From: Blastocatellia bacterium
GTDB lineage: Bacteria > Acidobacteriota > Blastocatellia > UBA7656
Assembly: GCA_963765495.1 (NCBI GenBank)
Contig: CAVXWP010000006.1
Coordinates: 32,001-96,000 of the forward strand
Length of the DNA stretch: 64,000 bases
Direction: 5' to 3'
In this document: positions 60,187-64,000 of the stretch, piece by piece
How the letters are laid out: the number at the start of each line of letters is the position of its first letter
How positions within the stretch are numbered: position 1 is the first letter of the stretch
Position numbers and translations under genes: made by a program
Notes under the pieces: model-generated
Told to the model about the DNA's origin: nothing
The model's input: only the letters and a program-made list of their open reading frames with translations
Databases searched by the model: none

Positions 60187-61170
60187 ATGGATACACTCAC
60201 AAAAGAGAGAGCCGAAAAGATTGCCGAGCGGTTTGAAGGCAAGCGCATAGTTGTGCTCGGCGATTTAATGCTCGATGAATTCATCTGGGGACGTGTGCGG
60301 CGCATATCGCCGGAAGCGCCCGTTCCCGTAGTCGAGGTGGAAAGAGAAACGCTCGCGCTTGGAGGCGCGGGCAACGTAGTCTCTAATCTGGTAGCGCTCC
60401 GAGCCGCTCCCATCCCCCTGGGCATCGTGGGCGCAGACGCCAATGCTGATCGGTTGCGTTCGGCCTTTGACGCGCTCGGTGTGAAGTCGGAGGGGCTTCT
60501 CGTTGATGAGGCTCGCCCAACCACGCTCAAGACTCGAATAATCGCGCACAATCAGCAGGTAGTCCGCGCCGACCGCGAGAGCCGCCGGGCGATCAGCCGC
60601 GAGGTCGAAGACCGCGTGATTGAGCGATTTCGATCAGAGATCGAATCGGCCGATGCGGTTGTGGTCTCTGATTACAATAAGGGATTGTTGACGGCTACGT
60701 TGCTTGCGCGGGCGCTTGAGATCGGACGCGAGCGCGGACGTATCGTTTGCCTCGACCCGAAGATGCGCTCCTTCGATCATTATCAGCCGGTTACAGTCAT
60801 CACTCCCAACAATCAGGAGGCGGCCGAGGCGTCGGGCGTGATGATCGAAGACGAGGCGAGCCTGATTGAAGCGGGCCAGAGATTGCTCGGCTCACTCGAT
60901 TGCCGCGCTGTGCTTATAACGCGAGGCGAAGAGGGGATGACGCTGTTTACCCACGGCGAAGATGTGACTCATATACCCACGGTCGCCCGCGAAGTGTATG
61001 ATGTGACAGGCGCGGGCGATACGGTGATTGCAACGCTTGCGCTCGCGCTTTCGTCTGACGCATCGCTTGCCGAAGCGGCGATGCTTGCAAATCACGCGGC
61101 GGGCGTGGTCGTGGGCAAACTGGGAACCGCGACCGTCACAGGCGAAGAGTTGCTGGCAACGATTTCGTGA
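60187..61170 (+). CDS. rfaE1: D-glycero-beta-D-manno-heptose-7-phosphate kinase
   Basis: GDLMLDE, RRISPEAPVPV, LGGAGNV, SDYNKG, VYDVTGAGDTV. Confidence 0.9.
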   Translation: MDTLTKERAEKIAERFEGKRIVVLGDLMLDEFIWGRVRRISPEAPVPVVEVERETLALGGAGNVVSNLVALRAAPIPLGIVGADANADRLRSAFDALGVKSEGLLVDEARPTTLKTRIIAHNQQVVRADRESRRAISREVEDRVIERFRSEIESADAVVVSDYNKGLLTATLLARALEIGRERGRIVCLDPKMRSFDHYQPVTVITPNNQEAAEASGVMIEDEASLIEAGQRLLGSLDCRAVLITRGEEGMTLFTHGEDVTHIPTVAREVYDVTGAGDTVIATLALALSSDASLAEAAMLANHAAGVVVGKLGTATVTGEELLATIS

Positions 61171-61190
61171 AACTGTCTGGGAGTCAAAAG

Positions 61191-61730
61191 ATGAGCGGCT
61201 ATTGCCTGGTTGCGCCGGATCACCCTTATCACGGACCTTATCACGCGAGCGAATACGGTTTTCCTCTTAGCGATGATCGAGGACTTTTCGAGCGCCTCGC
61301 GCTTGAGATAAATCAGGCGGGGCTTTCGTGGCTCACTATCCTGAAAAAACGAGAGGGTTTCCGTGCGGCCTTCGACCACTTCGACATCGCGCGGGTCGCC
61401 GCCTATACGGATAAAGACCGGGCGCGGCTCTTGAGCGATCCGGGCATAATCCGCAATCGCCTGAAGATAGACGCGGTGATCGAAAACGCCCGAAGGATTG
61501 CCTCCATCCGCGATAGTCACGGCTCGTTTGCCGCGTGGCTCGACCATCATCACCCGCTTGAGCGCGAGCAGTGGGTAAAGCTATTTAAGAAGACGTTTCT
61601 TTTTACCGGCGGCGAGATCACGGGCGAATTTTTGATGAGCACGGGTTATCTGCCGGGGGCGCACTCGCCCGCTTGCCCCGTCTATGATCTGATCGCAAAC
61701 AAGCGCCCGCCGTGGATGAGGCAAATCTAA
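61191..61730 (+). CDS. tag: DNA-3-methyladenine glycosylase I
   Basis: LFERLALEINQAGLSWLTILKKR, GIIRNRLKI, GAHSPAC. Confidence 0.9.
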   Translation: MSGYCLVAPDHPYHGPYHASEYGFPLSDDRGLFERLALEINQAGLSWLTILKKREGFRAAFDHFDIARVAAYTDKDRARLLSDPGIIRNRLKIDAVIENARRIASIRDSHGSFAAWLDHHHPLEREQWVKLFKKTFLFTGGEITGEFLMSTGYLPGAHSPACPVYDLIANKRPPWMRQI

Positions 61731-61821
61731 AGATGGATGTTTATCGCCGCAGCCCGTAGAATATAGGTTTCGGATTGTCGCGGTTGTTCGAGGGAATTAT
61801 TTATTGAAGGAGTCATAAAAC

Positions 61822-63138
61822 ATGAGCGCAGAATTACTCAGTAAAATCATCGAGCGGCGCGCCGTAGTCGGCGTGATCGGTCTCGGATATGTAGGTCTTC
61901 CACTTGCGGTCGAGTTCAGCCGTAGCGGGTTTCAGGTCTACGGCTTCGAGGTTGACGAGCCTCGCATAGAGATAATCAACTCGGGTCGTTCCTATATCCC
62001 GGACGTTCCTACGGAGATAGTCCGCGCGCTGGTCGAACGCGAAAAGCTTTCGGCCACTTCCGATTTTTCGAAACTCAGCGAGGTTGACGCCGTCATCATC
62101 TGCGTTCCCACGCCTCTTCGAAAGACCAAAGAGCCCGACATCTCTTATATACTCGCCGCGTCCGAACAGGTCCGAGCCAATCTCCATTCGCCTCAATTGA
62201 TCGTGCTCGAATCCACCACCTATCCCGGCACGACCGATGAGGTGCTGCTCCCGATGATGGAAGATTCGGGCCTTGTGCTCGACACCGATTTTTTTCTCGC
62301 CTTCTCGCCCGAACGCGTAGACCCCGGCAACAATCAATATCAAACTCACAACATTCCGAAGGTAGTGGGCGGCGTCTCTCAGCTTTCCACCGAAGTAGCC
62401 TCGGCGCTTTATCAAACCATAGTCGAGCGCGTGCATAAGGTATCGAGCGCCCGTGTGGCCGAAACGGCGAAGCTGCTTGAGAACACATTTCGCTCGGTCA
62501 ACATCGGGCTCGTAAACGAACTGGCGCAGTTGTGCTATCACCTCGGCATAGATTCGTGGGAAGTGATACAGGCGGCGGCGACAAAGCCGTTCGGCTTCAT
62601 GGCATTTTATCCCGGCCCCGGAATCGGAGGACATTGCATACCTCTGGACCCTCACTATCTGTCGTGGAAGGCGCGGCTGCACGGGTTCGAGGCCCGCTTT
62701 ATAGGGCTTGCCGAAGAGGTAAATTCGCGCATGCCTCACCACGTAGTTCAACTCACGCAGGACGGATTGAATGAACACGCCAAACCGCTTAAGGGATCGA
62801 ATGTGCTTGTGCTGGGAGTAGCCTACAAGCGAGACATAAACGATGTGAGGGAATCGCCCGCGCTCGGCATCATAGATCAACTGCTGCACAAGGGCGCGCA
62901 GGTGAGCTATCACGACCCGTTTATCGCGACGATGGACCTGGATGGAAAAGGGAATCTCTCGGGCGTAGACCTGACCGACGAGACGCTTGAAAAAAGCGAT
63001 TGTGTGGTGATAGTGACGGATCACTCTAAGGTGGATTACGCGAGAGTGCTGCGCCTTGCGCCGCTTGTTATAGACACGCGCAACGTGACTCGAAGGCTCG
63101 GCATGCCTGAGTATGAATCGAAGATAGTCAGACTGTAA
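61822..63138 (+). CDS. UDP-N-acetylhexosamine (nucleotide sugar) dehydrogenase, WbpA/WecC-like
   Basis: GLGYVGLP, CVPTP, ESTTYPG, SPERVDPG, GGHCIPLDP, DVRESP. Confidence 0.92.
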   Translation: MSAELLSKIIERRAVVGVIGLGYVGLPLAVEFSRSGFQVYGFEVDEPRIEIINSGRSYIPDVPTEIVRALVEREKLSATSDFSKLSEVDAVIICVPTPLRKTKEPDISYILAASEQVRANLHSPQLIVLESTTYPGTTDEVLLPMMEDSGLVLDTDFFLAFSPERVDPGNNQYQTHNIPKVVGGVSQLSTEVASALYQTIVERVHKVSSARVAETAKLLENTFRSVNIGLVNELAQLCYHLGIDSWEVIQAAATKPFGFMAFYPGPGIGGHCIPLDPHYLSWKARLHGFEARFIGLAEEVNSRMPHHVVQLTQDGLNEHAKPLKGSNVLVLGVAYKRDINDVRESPALGIIDQLLHKGAQVSYHDPFIATMDLDGKGNLSGVDLTDETLEKSDCVVIVTDHSKVDYARVLRLAPLVIDTRNVTRRLGMPEYESKIVRL

Positions 63139-63150
63139 GACACACGAAAC

Positions 63151-63230
63151 TTTAGACAGGATTAACAGGATTTTTAAGGATTCGACAAGCTTATCTTCTG
63201 GTCTTGTTAATCCTGCTAATCCTGTCTAAA
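63151..63230. repeat. ACAGGATT-type palindromic repeat
   Basis: TTTAGACAGGATTAACAGGATT ... AATCCTGCTAATCCTGTCTAAA after the operon end. Confidence 0.8.
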
Positions 63231-64000
63231 AAATGCCCACGCCCTTTGATTCTTCCCCGTTAAAAATCAACCGCAATGTTCAGAGTATGTGTTGCTGAAA
63301 GGGGCGTTTCCAGAAGGTTCAAAGGATAAATCCTGATAGTGGCGCATTCAAATCACGCCTATGAATCCGGCGCGTTCCGGTTTGAATCGAAAATAATCAG
63401 GCTATGAATCGTCTGCCTGCGTCTAAAGATGTTGTTTGAAGCTCGAAGTATGTCTTGAACTGCGGCTGACCGATTCATGCACAGCCGACAGGGTGGAATT
63501 GTTGCGAATTTTTTGCAAAACCCGGAATCGGGTTAAGCCTAAACGTTGATTATGCAATAATACTTGTTCTGTTTCTCAAATAAGTCATGGTCCCGGCTAT
63601 AGAAACGCGAATCGCTCGTATGATAATTCACGATATGCTGTGAATGCGCCCCGGAGGGGCGCGAGTATGGTAGCCAGAGGCAAGCCGGAGACGCAGCCTC
63701 TGGAAATAGGCCCCATATTTGACTGCGCCCTGAAATGGCGCAAGGATACGATGAAGCAGGTTTTGAGGAAATCTCCTCGCGCCCTTCCAGGGCGCGGGCA
63801 TATTTAGACGATTGATCCAGTGGCAAGCAAAGCGCGGCCACTGGCTACCTTCCTTTGACCCCTCCGGGGTCAGGGGAATAGACCGAACCCGTTGGACGCT
63901 TGTGAGTCTGAAATAGTTTTTTGCGCGAGATGTGCTACGCGCTCGCGCTTATTGTGTGGATGTTGTGCAGCAAAGGCAGCGCGTGTGCCCGAAACATTCC

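Noticed and set aside
61834-63024. 396-aa minus-strand ORF
   Set aside because: Shadow of the nucleotide-sugar dehydrogenase.
63240-64000. ORF 63539-63841 and hairpin near 63850-63879 as a gene or riboswitch
   Set aside because: No recognisable protein or riboswitch motif; downstream context lies outside the window.

Overview
Bacterial chromosomal window, moderately GC-rich. The gene repertoire (CHAT/ECF-sigma clusters, wHTH-TolB-TPR regulator, SBBP protein, large PilX-like proteins) suggests Acidobacteriota, probably Blastocatellia; this is inference. The standout feature is a tRNA-Asn(GUU) gene (10435-11402) split inside its anticodon (position 35/36) by an 893-nt group I intron. The intron carries a two-motif LAGLIDADG homing endonuclease in the P7.1 loop, and the 3' end of that ORF overlaps the ribozyme core. 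Other notable content: an AT-richer block of orphan genes after the tRNA; two MITE families with TIRs and 9-10 bp target duplications; many 7-/9-mer tandem inverted-repeat hairpins, some inserted in frame in genes; two CHAT-protease/anti-sigma modules (one decayed); an XPB-like helicase plus DUF790 (Bax1-like) nuclease pair; and two tandem fimT-pilV-pilW-pilX-like minor-pilin cassettes flanked by headless pilX-like fragments and decayed GT-C glycosyltransferase genes. The window ends in an LPS/nucleotide-sugar gene cluster. No CRISPR array or rRNA was seen. All family calls are by motif recognition, not database search.
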